A DNA stretch of 64,000 bases from Octopus sinensis (lineage: Eukaryota): the NCBI RefSeq assembly GCF_006345805.1, contig NC_042997.1:181102001-181166000 (forward strand), read 5' to 3'. How positions within the stretch are numbered: position 1 is the stretch's first letter; every line of letters starts with the position of its first letter. Shown one piece after another: positions 10,856-25,049 of this stretch. The translations under genes were made by a program, and so were the position numbers. The notes below the pieces were generated by a model, which was not told the DNA's origin, searched no databases, and saw nothing but the letters and a program-made list of their open reading frames with translations.

Positions 10856-11116
10856 ACACACACGCACACACACACACATATACACAGCCACATAGTTTCA
10901 AAATCACAACTAATATCTCAAATAACCACTCTCAAAACAGCCCATTCAAATATATATAAAAGGTGTCAATGTTCTGTAAGAAATCATTCATGATGAATCC
11001 CTATACCGAAAGCGCTATGAAAATAGTATTCATCCCAATTCTGATTACCTTCTTTTTCTTTATATATATATATATAGACATGCATACATACATACAAACA
11101 TGAATATAAACACATA

Positions 11117-11279
11117 AGCGCAGGAGTGGGTGTGTGGTAAGTAGCTTGCTTACCAACCACATGGATCCGGGTTCAGTCCCGCTGCGTGGCATCTTAATCA
11201 ACTGTCTTCTACTATAACCTCGGCCGACCAAAGCCTTGTGAGTGAGATTTGGTAGACGGAAACTGAAAGAAGCCCGTCG

Positions 11280-11352
<73 letters not shown>

Positions 11353-11546
11353 ATTTGTGTGCCTGTGTTTGCCCCCCCCCAACATCACTTGACAACCGAT
11401 GCTGGTGTGTTTACGTCCCCGTAACTTAGCGGGTCGGCAAAAGAGACCGATAGAATAAGTACTAGGCTTACAAAGAATAAGTCCTGGGGTCGATTTGCTC
11501 GGCCGCAGTCAAATAACTGCAACAAGTAAAAGAGTAAAAGAGTAAA
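11117..11546 (+). mobile_element. Abundant octopus-type SINE with internal microsatellite
   Basis: Head GCGCAGGAGTGG..GTGGTAAGTAGCTTGC, internal (TA)n(TG)n, tail AAAAGAGT repeats. Confidence 0.9.
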
Positions 11547-12119
11547 ATATATATACATGCATACATACATACATACATATATACATACATGCATACATAC
11601 ATACATGCATACATACATACATACATACATACATACATACATACATACATTCATGCATACCATACATGCGTGTATGTGTGTAAGTACGTGTGTTTGTGTG
11701 CGTGTGTTTGAAGAAATAACCGCAAAGTCAGACAGAGAGTGTGGTACTTACATAGTGTATTGGTTTGTTCATTTTTGTCTTTTTTTCTCTTCGCGCGCAC
11801 TTTCTCTCTCTCTCTCCCTCCTCCCCCTCTCTTCCTCTCTTCCCCCCTCTCTCTCCCTCCCCCCTCCGCCCTCTCTGTCTTCCCGTTGTTTTTATTTTAA
11901 CTGATATAAAAGTGCCAACTATTGAACGACATTCACGAAGACAGGAAAGCTACCAAACGGCAGTTATGCACAATAGACAATACAAAATACTAGCAGAGCG
12001 CAGACAAGAAAAAGATTCTTTGAATAAATTTGTCGAAGGAGGTTATAATGCTGAAGGTCATGGACAATATACAAATAAATCTATTTATTATCACAGTTAT
12101 ATTACAGTTCTTTTTGTTC

Positions 12120-12155
12120 TTCATGTAGTAGTAGTAATAGTAGTAGTAGTAGTAA

Positions 12156-12199
<44 letters not shown>

Positions 12200-12377
12200 T
12201 TTGTTGTTGTTGTTCTTTGACTACCACTAACTTCAATCATAGTCATCATCCTCATCATCATCATCATCATCATCATTATCATCGTGGCTGCTTTTGTTAT
12301 GGTGCTGACGTCGTTATTCATTATCATATACTGATTATATTCTGCTTCTATTGTCATTTATATTATTATTATTATTA

Positions 12378-12428
<51 letters not shown>

Positions 12429-12474
12429 TATTATTATTATCATCATTATTATATTATTATTATTATTATTATTA

Positions 12475-12505
<31 letters not shown>

Positions 12506-12914
12506 TATTATTATTATTATTATATTATTATCATTATTATATTATTATTATTATTATTATTAATATTATAATCATCATTATTATTATTATTATTATTATT
12601 ACGATCATCATCATCATCATCATGATCGTCGCCGTCGTCGTCATCATCATCATCGTTATTGTATTATTATTATTAGTAGTAGTAGTAGTAGTAGTATTAT
12701 CATTATCATCATCATGATCGTCGCCGTCGTCGTCGTCATCATCATCTTCATTATTGTTATTATTATTATTATTAGTAGTAGTAGTAGGTAGTAGTAGTAG
12801 TAGTAGTATCATCATCATCATCATCATCATCATCGTGATCGTCGCCGTCGTCGTCGTCGTCGTCATCATCATCACATTATTGTTGTTTTATTATTAGTAG
12901 TATTAGTGTTGTTG

Positions 12915-12956
<42 letters not shown>

Positions 12957-13025
12957 TATTATTATTATCGTCGTCATCATCATCACATTATTGTTGTTGT
13001 TGTTTTATTAGTAGTATTATTGTTG

Positions 13026-13057
<32 letters not shown>

Positions 13058-13975
13058 GTCATCATCATCATCATTATTGCTACTACTGCTTCACAACTGC
13101 TATTATCATCATCATCATCATCAGCATTATTAATATTAATTTTATTATCCTTAGTACAACTGATGTTGTTGTTGCTATCGTTGTTGCTGATATTGCAGCA
13201 GAACACGATGTTCTTACTTTTGTTCATGATGTTGTTTTTGACATATTTGTTAATTTTGTTCTTGTTTTCAGCGCCCCACATTCTTCTCATTACCCTCATC
13301 TCCCCTATCGACATAATCACAATCATCATCGTCATCATCATCATCATCTTATTATTGCCACTCTTGTCCCTGTCAACTCCCTTCCGCCAACAAATGTTAC
13401 CATCAACATCGTCGCCAGCTCCACACCAACACCAACACCTTCCCCATCACTACCACCACTACTACCCCTACAACCATCACCACCACCACCACCGTTACTA
13501 CTACTAGTATTACTATTGATAATAATGATAATAGCAATAATAATGACGATGTTTATGATAATGATGATGATGATGATGATGATGATAACGTTGATGATAA
13601 TTAACAATAACTACAATATACTACGACTACTACTATTACTACTATTACTACTACTTCTACTACTACTACTACTACTGTTAATAATGATTGCAGCAATAAT
13701 AATAATGATGTTCATGATGGTGATGATGCTAATAATGATTAACAACAACAACAACAACAATAATAATAATAATTATAATAATAATAATAATAATAGTAAG
13801 AAGAAGGAAAGGAAGAAGAAGAAGAAGAAGAAGAAGAAGAAGAAGAAGAAGAAGAAGAAGAAGAAGAAGAAGAAGAAGAAGAAGAAGAAGAAGAAGAAGA
13901 AGAAGAAGAAGAAGAAGAAGAAGAAGAAGAAGAAGAAGAAGAAGAAGAAGAAGAAGAAGAAGAAGAAGAAGAAGA
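12120..13975. repeat. ~1.85-kb compound trinucleotide array: (TAG)n, (CAT)n, (TAT)n, (GTC)n, (GAT)n, (GAA)54
   Basis: Direct reading; explains the homopolymeric ORFs in the track. Confidence 0.95.
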
Positions 13976-14524
13976 GCAGCAAGTACCGTCACTGCGAATA
14001 TTATTAGCAATATACTTCACTTTACGATGAAATGTGTCATCCTCACAACTTAACTTTAAATGAAGTAAAGAGGGGGAAAAACAAAAGGAAAGAGGGTGAG
14101 GCAGAGAGAGAGACAGCCAGGCAGAGATAGAAAGAAAGGACGAAATGAATCAAGACACGAAAAGAAAGAAGAAAAGAAACAAAGAAAGAAAGAACAGAAA
14201 GGATGATTATTTAGCAAAACAGAGCGATATCGCTACGAGAACATCACGAATACTCTATCAATCTCTAGAGGTTGTCTTTGTACTTCCTAACAATGAAATA
14301 TATTAACACAGACAATTTTAATGTTTTTGTCATAATGCATTTTTGCGAAACCGTTAAATATCACAACGAAATTAGAGCGTAAGTTTGTTTTATATTTCTT
14401 CAAGCAAACAATGGTCTGGGTTAATTATATAATGCACTCATTTACGCCCGTATACACTCAAAAATGTGCGCGCACACAGAAGCAAGCTGACACACACATA
14501 AGCAAACACAGGAAATATATATAT

Positions 14525-14735
14525 GGGCGTAGGAGAGGCTGTGTGGTAAAGAGCTTGCTTACCAACACCATGGTTCCGGGTTCAGTCCCACTGTATGGCA
14601 CCTTGGGCAAGTGTCTTCTACTATAGCCTCGCACTGACCAAAGCCTTGTGAGTGAATTTGGTAGACGGAAACTGAAAGAAGCCCGTCGTATATGAGTGTG
14701 TGTGTTTCTGTGTCTGTGTTTGTCTCCCCACCACT
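14525..14735 (+). mobile_element. Octopus-type SINE, 3'-truncated
   Basis: Head and body match other copies; stops after the internal microsatellite. Confidence 0.85.
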
Positions 14736-14769
14736 CCTCTTGCCGATTATTTATTCTTTCTATTTAACC

Positions 14770-15480
14770 TGGCTATGATGGTACCTATATTGGGGAGGGT
14801 AGAATACGAGATTCTAATTGTCTTACGGGAAAATATTCTAATATATCTATGGGAAGCAGGGAAGTTTTTTTCAAAAATTGCCATAAATTTCTTATATATG
14901 TTGGTAGATATGGACATTTGAAGGGAACATTATACCATATCAAATCATTATTTTCAAACCTCTTACGTGTATAAGGGCGGAACCTACCTAATCTTTCACC
15001 GCCTTCCAAAGTCCTGACTTGATTATTAGGTATAGATATACTATCAGTATTTTTCTTATCATTAGAGGGTGGCATAATCCGCTCAATCGCTTCACTACAT
15101 TTATTCTAAACTATTATTTCTACTGGTTATAGCATCTAATTTCCTGTTGTTACTTGTCTTTTTATTTGAATAGATGGGTTTATTGGATACTTTCATAGTA
15201 GGTTTGTTTTCCCAACCAAGTAGGCTTGTATTCCCCCACTCACTTAAATTCTCATTATTTCTACAATTAGTAGGTGCTATACTTTCTGGATTAGGAAAAC
15301 TAATTCGATGGTTGTAACCTGCATTAGACAAAGTGAAGTTATAGTGGTTGGAATGAGTATTTAACATTTCTTTATTTGCTGATAATTTCATAATTCTTTT
15401 AGAAATACTTTTGACTACTGATTTTAATATATTAGTGGGTTGATTTGAAGATTTGTTCTGATACCTCATAACTTCAACTG
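14770..15480 (-). pseudogene. Decayed PLE RT thumb/linker fragment
   Basis: SNQPTNILKSVVKSISKRIMKLSANKEM...NAGY and LIWYNVPF parallel the 1615-2697 RT C-terminus. Confidence 0.75.
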
Positions 15481-15848
15481 GTTTCCTATAGGGGTGGTAT
15501 CTAATGTAGTATCCAAAAGATTAATACAGAAGACAGAGTGTAACAAGAAGCCTTTATTAGCACAGAAAACGTTTCAGCTTCAAATTGCACTGTGTATTTT
15601 ATCTGGTGTCATTGCATTGTTCCACGACCACTGGGGAGCAATGTATTATGAATCCGAAACGATTGCTTTACTAATAAATGCTTCTCATTATGCTCCACCT
15701 TCAGTGTTAATCTTTTGGTTCCATGTTCAGTCACGCTGTATGACACCTTGATCGAGAATCTACTAACATAACCCCGGGCCTACCATACACATTTAAGTGA
15801 ATTTCGTAGACGGAAACTGAAAGACCTCCGCCGCATAATACATATATG

Positions 15849-15887
<39 letters not shown>

Positions 15888-16322
15888 GGCGTGGGACTGG
15901 CTGTGTGTTAAGTAGCTTGCTTACGAACCGCATGATCCCGGGTTCAGTCCCACAGCGTGGCACCTTGGGCAATTGTCCCCTACTATAGCCTCGAGCCGAC
16001 CAAAGCCTTGTGAGTGGATTTGGTGGACGGAAGCTGAAAGAAGCCCGTCCTGTATTTGTATGTATGTATGTATGTATGTATGTATGTATGTATGTATGTA
16101 TGTATATGTATGTATGTATGGGTGTCTGTGTTTGTCCCCCTAACATCACTTGACAACCGATGCTAGTGTGTTAACATCCCCGTAACTTAGCAGTTCGGCA
16201 AAAGAGACCGATAGAATTAGTACTAGAATACGTCTTGGGGGGGGGGCGATTTGCTGGACTAAAGACGGTGCTCATGCTTGGCCACAGTCAAATGACTGAA
16301 ACAAGTAAAAGAGTAAAAGAGT
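15888..16322 (+). mobile_element. Abundant octopus-type SINE with internal (TATG)n
   Basis: Matches other copies. Confidence 0.9.
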
Positions 16323-16375
16323 ATATATATATGAGTGTGTGTGTGTGTGTGTGTATGTATATGTATATGTATACG

Positions 16376-16425
<50 letters not shown>

Positions 16426-17278
16426 GATAGATAGATACATACATACATACATACATACATATATGAACATATATATATATACATACACACACACATATGT
16501 ATGTGTGTGTGTGTATGTGTGTGGGTTTTAAGCAGCAGATGTAGAGAACAAGTAAACAAGACAGGAACGGGTGAAAGTTATTAAATATAAATGAAGTTTA
16601 AAATAGAGTTGTTGTTTCTTTTTTTCAAAACAGGGTGTCGAAATGGAGAGTAAAAGTAGTTTAAATTAAAATTTTGGCATAAGTTATATTTACATAGGGT
16701 TGCAATATGAATAAATGTAACATAAGTAACTATTTCTGGAGAGGAACGTGAGAATTGCCCGTTATTTATTCAAAGCAAAACACAATGCGGTATTTGTAAA
16801 AATATAAAACAATCAATGCATGATCACTAAAGGTAGAACATTGAGTTTACACGTGTTGTCAGAGATATATTTAAAGCTACATGATATGAATAAACAATGT
16901 GAATTTCTTAGGTTACATTAAACAGTAAGGCTTGCTCTCAAGCGGAAATATATTTTACACAAAACAGGTTATATATTTGACTTAGTTTGTAGGGAGGAGA
17001 ATAAAATAGTTTGTAAAAAGTAAAAGAATAAACATATATATATATATAATTGGGGATGTGATTATTGAGAAGCAAAAGTGAGGTGAATTGCACAGTAAAG
17101 AGTTGATGTAAAAGGAGAGAGGTAAGTAAAATGAAACGCAAAGCATTTGGCATGAAATGAGCGGGTTACAAATATTGATGAATATTATTACTAATTAGTG
17201 CGTTTATATCCGGAACAACGCGTATTCGCGCAGAAATACAAATATATTTAACAACAAAAATCGATGCATATTCATATA

Positions 17279-17315
<37 letters not shown>

Positions 17316-17578
17316 GGAATCATCTGAATGCGCTTCTACAGCTGCACACAAAGATATACAAAAGCACTCACACATACATACACACAGATATGCATCTATA
17401 CACATATACTTATATATGAATGAATACTATGCGTATGTTCATTAATATATATATAGATATATAGATATACAAACATACGCACGCACACGTGCGCAAACAC
17501 ACAAACACGCACATACGCGCGCGTGCACACATACACACATATACACAAACACAGATATATATATACATATATATATAT

Positions 17579-17626
<48 letters not shown>

Positions 17627-17628
<2 letters not shown>

Positions 17629-17982
17629 TTTTACTCTTTTACTTGTTTCAGTCATTTGACTGCGGCCATGCTTGAGCACCGCCTTTTAGTCGAGCAAATC
17701 GACCCCAGGACTTATTCTTTGTAAGCCTAGTACTTTCGCCGAACCGCTAAGTAACGGGAACGGAAACACACCAGCATCAGTTGTCAAGCGATGTTGGGGG
17801 GGGGGGGCAAACGCAGACACACAAAACACACACATATATACGATGGGCTTCTTTCAGTTTCCATCGACCAAATCCACTCACAAGGATTTGGTCGGCCCGA
17901 GACAGTTGCCTAAGATGCCACGCTGAACCTGGAACCATGTAGTTCGTAAGCTAGCTACTTGCCACACAGCCACTCCTGCGCT
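17627..17982 (-). mobile_element. Abundant octopus-type SINE (internal deletions)
   Basis: Reverse complement of the family consensus seen in this window. Confidence 0.88.
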
Positions 17983-18328
17983 ATATATATATATATATAT
18001 ATATATATAGCAAAACAAGAGATTGGAAAAAAGTGTGGTGCTATTAATTCACCATTACACATGCTTCATTAGCTAATAGAATTTACAATATTGTACATGT
18101 AGGAAAAACATGTAAAATATCTCCTGTTAGAAATCCTTGAATGTGACAATTTTGATTATAATTCTGTAACTCTTATTAACAAATGAAATGTATGTAACTA
18201 GTGAATAAATAATAACTTCTTCGAATCTACTCTTTTGATATATAATTACTCTGCAAAAAATATTTTCCCAGAATTTTCAACTTTTATGCATACCTCACGT
18301 AAATATAACATCTACATAGCGATTTTGT

Positions 18329-18635
18329 GGAGGCACATGTCCTAGTGATTAGAGCAGTGGCCTCGCAGTCGAGGGATCGCGGATTTGAATCTCAGACCGC
18401 GTGGTCTGTGTGTTTATGAGCGAAACACCTAAGCTCTACGCGGCTCCGGCAGAAGGTAATGGCGAACTTCTTCAGACTTTTTGCCACAACTTTCTCTCAC
18501 TCTTTCCTCATGTATCTTGCAGCTCACCTGCGACGGACCGGCGTCCCCTCCAGGTGGGGAACCTATACGCCAAGGAAACCGGGAAACCGGCCCTTATGAA
18601 TCAGGGATAGCTCGAGAACGAACAAAACAAAAAAA
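18329..18635 (+). mobile_element. tRNA-derived SINE (head type 1, GAAACCGGGAAACCGG tail)
   Basis: Head and body like 3969; tail like 43492 and 53091. Confidence 0.8.
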
Positions 18636-19376
18636 TATAGGGATTTGGAATATTAGAATAAGCCGATGTGCTTCAATAGAACACTGACATGTATTGATAA
18701 TAAAAGTGCATGATGGGTAAAATTCAGATCTCTCAAGTGTAGGGTTGTCAAGACCTTCTGATATACGGCAAATGCGTGGTTCGCTTCCCGGGGTGCGTCC
18801 CTGCCAATGTTTTTAGTCTAAGGATGTATTTATCCGATATGCTACAGCTATTATAAATAGAAACATGTTCATATGAGTAACTTCGTGAAAGTAATTTTGT
18901 ATATTTTTCTCTTCGATCTCTTAGTTAATATGGCGCTTCATTTTCAGTATGCCTTTGTAGTCATGTCTCAGTTGTGGCTACTCCTTCCCTCACGGTTCCA
19001 TTCAAAGCATGATATAGTTAGAAAGTAAATACCCAATGCTGTCATTCACCCTGTCATTGACCATATTTATTCAATCAGATCCAAACACCTCGAAGACGCA
19101 TTTTCAACATCTACGTCAGTAATACAACGTCTTGCTATGAACACTATGTTCCTACCAACAAGGAGTATACTATGCAATCCCCCAATCTTATAGAAATAAC
19201 AATGAACCCTCTCTGAAAACCATTCTGTCAAGGAAGAGCAAATTTGACAATATAGTCCCAGAATCTCCATGTCTGAAGATAAGATAGAATATATATGGCG
19301 GCTAAGACTTTAAACCTTTTAAATGTTTTGATTATTCTGTCATATGTCATGTCTGTTTATTCACATTGTTTTGAAT

Positions 19377-19794
19377 AGGCGCAGGAGTGACTGTGCGGTA
19401 ACTAGCTTGCTTACCAACCACATGGTTCCGAGTTCAGTCCCACTGCGTAGCACCTTGGGTTAGTGTCTTCTACTATAGCCTCGGGTCAACCAAAGCCTTG
19501 TGAGTGGTTTGGTAGACGGAAACTGAAAGAAGTCCGTCGTATATATGTATATATATATATGCATGTGTGTGTGTCTTTGTGTGTGTTTGTATCTGTGTTT
19601 GTACCCCCAACATCGTTTGACAACCGGTGCTGGTGTATTTACGTCCCCGTAACTTAGCGGTTCGGCAAAAGAGAACGATAGAATAAGTACTAGGCTTACA
19701 AAGAATAAATCCTGGGGTCGATTTGCTCGACTAAAGGCAGTGCTCCAGCATGGCCGCAGTCAAATGACTGAAACAAGTAAAAGAGTAAACGAGT
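19377..19794 (+). mobile_element. Abundant octopus-type SINE
   Basis: Matches other copies. Confidence 0.9.
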
Positions 19795-20417
19795 AATTAA
19801 TCATGCATTTTGTCATAGCTCTGAGATCTTGAGGATGCGATTACCTACTTTTAGACTGACATTATATAATCGGTGCGAGAAGCTGGATTTGACCAGTTTT
19901 AACATAAAAGACATGGAGAATATTTGTGCCTGATAAGATTAGTTTAAATGCTTAAGGGTTAATAGTGGTCGTGTTCAATCAGGTCGTGATCTGAATTTAA
20001 ACAAACAATACCAACAGTAAAACTATGCTTCACACTCTTTTCATAGACACAGGAAGAGCACATGCATACAAAGGTAACAGTAGAATCAATACCGTCCGTT
20101 CGTCACACGTTTTGCGATTGAATGCACGTCACCGATGAAAACTGCATTATGAAGCAATAGTATACAAACAAAATATGTGTGATATTCAGCAATATGTTCG
20201 CTTCTTTCACTCTGATACGGAAAAATTCAAATCCGTTCAAAGAATCCGTTCAACTTAGATTGGCCAATTTGGCGAATTTTTAAAATGTGCATATATTCTG
20301 ATCGCTATCCAAAATCTCAAATGATAATAATAATGAAAAATAAATAAATAGAAAACAAATATTACCACTACAGGTGGTAATAACATGTTTTAAAATTATT
20401 ATTATTATTATTATTAT

Positions 20418-20473
<56 letters not shown>

Positions 20474-20629
20474 CAATAAAGCACCTGGTATATATAAATA
20501 TATGTATATACATTATATATATATAAGCATGCTTTTACATACAGGCATGCGCACACATATCTATCTATAGGTGTGTGTGTCTGTGTGTGTGTGCGTGTGT
20601 GTGCGTGTGTGTATACATATACATATATA

Positions 20630-20677
<48 letters not shown>

Positions 20678-20697
20678 ATATATGTATGTATGTATGC

Positions 20698-20745
<48 letters not shown>

Positions 20746-22369
20746 CTCGTAGTTACACATATTTGTACATATGTCTGCCCTCCTATACGTTATTCTTCTC
20801 CCTTTGTTCATGAAGAAATGTATTCTGAAAGAAGTTCATTGTACAGTGTTTGCTATTTGTGTATTTGAAAAGGATAGCAATCAGTAAAGGAATGTATTCA
20901 TGACACTGTTCAATAACATTATTAACTTATGAATGAGTATACACAATATGAATATCACAACATTGTAAATCACATCTAGTATTAATGAGTATATCCTGCT
21001 CGTAGATAAAGCAACGTAGAGAGTTGGTGACCAGGTCATAGATGAACGACGAAAGACTTTAAGACCTAATACTATATTTTATAGGTATTTTAATAATATA
21101 TCGATCGATCTAAGAGATAGCCAAACATCTACGAACTTTGAGAGGACATTAAAATCAATTTCGTCAACTCCCGTACATAAGCATCAACCCTGAAAGGATA
21201 TAAGACAAAGGTGATGCTGGTGGTGTTTAAATTTTCGCTGTAAAAGAACAAAACTAAATAATTCAATGTCCAACTGCTCATCGATTCTGCATTTCAATGC
21301 CCCAGATATGTTAAGATTATACAACACTCATATATTGTTCATAATTTATATTATATGATATTAATACACGTATAACAAAACTCTTAGTGTTGATCTGATT
21401 ATCATTTTTATTATTTGTCATTCATCCTTTTGGTGGTGGTGGTGGTGGGATCAATGAAATAAAGTACCAATCAAATAACGAGTTTTACGTAGACGAATAA
21501 ATCTTATAATAAAATGATATGATGTCGAAAAGTGCTAGGATTGCATGAATTTTAGAAAATTTTGTACTCGTCAGCACTCGATAAAATCCTATAGAACTAT
21601 GAATTTTAACGTGATTTATTATTACTACTATTACATTGGTCAACGTTTGGTAGTTTCAGTCAAATTTATACTGCATCAGCTTCTATACTCCCATGTTGCG
21701 GAAGTGTGTGCAGTGTTGTCTTTGTGCGTGTGCGTGTGTATGTTTTTATAGTGGGGGCGTGTACAGACGCTTCCTGGTATTGTATTGCGTGAGTTTCTTT
21801 TTTATGAGGTATGGTGCAGTCTTTTATTGTATTAATGTTTGTATTGGGTCGCTGCATGCGAAATCAACGCAGGTGCTGAAGGTGACTGAAACCGATTTCT
21901 TTCAAACTCTGCATGCTAAATGACCGTCATATGAAACATTTAAATATGGTATATCGTTTACTTGACTCTAATATTTGCTGAGTTACAACCATTTGAATTT
22001 TTTAAAAAAGCGACATTTTTTTCGGTTACTTAAAATTTTTGAGAACCCATATCTCAGCTACTACTTGAGGTAGAAAGCTCAATATTTATTTCATTTTAAA
22101 GCATTTAAATAGATCTACAACTTATGCTTTGATTATTTTTCATTACACTAAACAACTGACCTAAAATTTGACTTCTGACCTTTCATAAGTCAAAAGACGC
22201 AGTCATCGATTTTTTGTGATTTTCTCCAAATATTGCCCTACTTAGTTACAACTCAAATACAAAAACCCATATTGGGATCTGAGTGGGAACTGTAGTTATA
22301 AGGTCTCCTACTAACTATGGTTGATATTATACAGCCTAATTAAATTACTTTTTTTTTCAGATTAGATAT

Positions 22370-24110
22370 ATATGACCATTTTAGTTAATTCTTGGTTACA
22401 GAGGGATGCAAAAGAAAGATTTCTAGCTAAGCAAGGAAAGCGTCGTGACCGATTTAAAAAGCATAAAGCACCGGTGAAAAAATGTTTAAGTACAATAGCA
22501 GCAGATTTTGCAACAAAATATCCTAAAGCAAACTTAATTGCTGGACACAAAATATGTGACTCTTGTAGAAAAAAATTACCCACGTATCAAATTGAAACAT
22601 CATCAGAAGAAATGAGAGGTTGTACATCAACTACCACTGAAGCGACGTCTTCATCGACAGATGCCTTCGTTGCAGAAAAGGCAGAATTAGAGATACTCAA
22701 CAATGCTCTGTATGAAACTGGAGACCCTTCAATAAACAAATAAAAGATAGATACTATCATCATATACGGTGAGGAAACAAAAATCAAAACTGCTTTTGCT
22801 TAAAATATGCAAATCATTTCACTTAGAAGGGAAGTCGGTGAATCATCAAAAGAACTTAAAGATCATCTCCCCGAAAGTGAAATAGTAAAAGAACAATTCA
22901 CAACAATATAAAAAATATCAGACAACTGCAAATTTTATATACACTAATACGATTCTGCCAAAAAACTTATCTGAGAAAAATCCTAAAGGAGCTCAATGTG
23001 CCTGATTACATGACTAGGTAAAAGGCTGGTCAATGAGCAAGGAATCTTATCACATCCTGGCCCTAGAAAAAGCACGTTTTCTCAAGAAATTGCCAATTGT
23101 GTTTCTCACTTTTATAATAATGAAGTAAGCAGAGTTATGCTAGGAGAAAATACTACAAATCAGTAAAAACAAAATGGTACCTCATACCTTGTAACTTAAA
23201 AGAAGCCTTGTTTGGAGCAAAAAATCTTGAAACCAAACTTAATTTCTCAAAACTTTCAGGGTTAAAACCAAAAGAATGCATACATGCAGGTAGTGCTGGT
23301 AAACATAATGTATGTGTATACACCATTCATCACAATGCCAAACTGATGATTTCTGGCATGAAAGCTGATGTAACCAAGGATATGAAGTTTCGCTTGAATT
23401 ATTATAAACAATGTTTGGAATTAATTACTAGCAACTCAACAAACGACTGCCACATGGGCAATTGTTCAAATTGTAATTCTTTGCGAGAAAAGCTTAAAAA
23501 ATTTTTCTATGAAATGTTTAATGTGAATATGATTGATGAAGTACAATATTAGCAATGGCTAACAACAGACAAAACAATCCGAGAAAATATGTCAAAATCA
23601 ACAGATGACTGTTGAAATTTTCTGTCAAAATCTTAAAGCACTTAAAGTACATGATTTGATTGCAAAGAAACAATCTAAATTTTGTACTTCAAGAAAAGAA
23701 TCTTTAAGTGAAGGAGAAATCTTAATCATAGCAGATTTTTCAGAGAATTATTCATTCATCTTGCAAGATGCCGAACAAGGATTTCATTGGAACAATGCCC
23801 AAGCCACTAACCAAGTGTTTATCTGTTATAAACGAAACAATAATGTGACTAACATCAATGCTGTTATTATATCCGACTGTATGAAGCATGATACAGTAGC
23901 AGTCCATCACTTCTAAAACAAGCTGACAGATATTCTTTGGGGCAAAGCCTTTAATATCAACAAAATTATCTGTTTTCCAAATGGTGCTGCTTCACAATAT
24001 AAACATTGTAAGAATTTTATAAATCTATGCTACCATTCTATAGATTTCCAAACTAATGCACAGTGACACTTCTTTGCTACTTCTCATGAGAAGGGAGCTT
24101 GTGATAGCTT
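22370..24110 (+). pseudogene. Decayed DDE transposase (DFSENY / HW / GAASQYK / SHEKGACD type; superfamily uncertain)
   Basis: HKICDSCRK, HNVCVYTIHHN, ILIIADFSENYSFILQDAEQGFHWNN, IISDCMKHD, NGAASQYK, FFATSHEKGACD across broken frames. Confidence 0.75.
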
Positions 24111-24114
24111 ATTA

Positions 24115-24950
24115 TGATTATTATTATTATTATTATCATCATTCAGTAGTTTTATTTTTATAACGAGTTTCACTTCACTACCGAGCGCAGCTCTGTGTGC
24201 CTTGGGTATGTGCTGTGATTTGTTGTGATGCTCTGATGGTTATTGTATGGAAAGTGTTCTGTGTAGGATGTGTGCAGTGCCTAGTAGTGCAATTTTCTGT
24301 ATGTTATATGTGTTTGTTAGTCCTGGTGTTTTTGTTATGTACTTGTCTGAATATTTTTTTATCATGCCTAATGCACCTACTATGATAGGAATTGTTTCTG
24401 TTTTTAGATTCCACATTCTAGTTACCTCTATTTCCAGGTCTTTTTATTTTGAAAGTTTCTCCATTTCTTTTTTGAGACGTTGTCATCTGCTGGTATTGAT
24501 ACATCAATTAGAAAGCATTTTTTTCTTCATGATCTCTGACAACTATATCTGGTCAGTTGGCCTTAATTTCTCTATCTGTGTATTGGCATATCCCAGAGTA
24601 TGGTTGCTTTCTCGTTTTCTGTGACCTTTTCTGGTGTGTGCCTATACCATCTTTTTTCTGTTGTTATTCCATAATGTTGGCATAGCTTCCTGTGTATGTA
24701 GCTCCCAACACTGTCATGTCTGTGAATATATTCATTCTTAGCAAGGACTGGGCAGCCAGAGATAATATGATTTATTGTTTCTTGTCCATCTCCACATATT
24801 CTGCAGTTACTTGTTATATTTCTTTTCATTACATGTTTTTGGTAATTCCTGGTGGGGAGGCTTTGGTCTTGCGCTGCAATTAAAAATCCCTCTGTCTCTG
24901 CTTTGAGTCCTGAGCTTCTTAACCACTGCTGGGATTTTTCTTCGTTTTTA
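24115..24950 (-). mobile_element. R4/Dong-type LINE 3' end (CCHC knuckle plus restriction-like endonuclease)
   Basis: AETEGFLIAAQDQSL, CRICGDGQETINHIISGC, ILWD, NRPDIVV, LIDVSIP, KYKDL, IIVGALG; (ATA)n tail. Confidence 0.88.
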
Positions 24951-24996
24951 TTATTATTATTATTATTATCATTATTATTATTATTATTATTATTAT

Positions 24997-25049
<53 letters not shown>

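Noticed and set aside
12121-14020. Long poly-K/S/L/F/I/Y ORFs
   Set aside because: Translations of trinucleotide microsatellites; no coding complexity. The same applies to the many YI/VC/HT/MYVC ORFs elsewhere.
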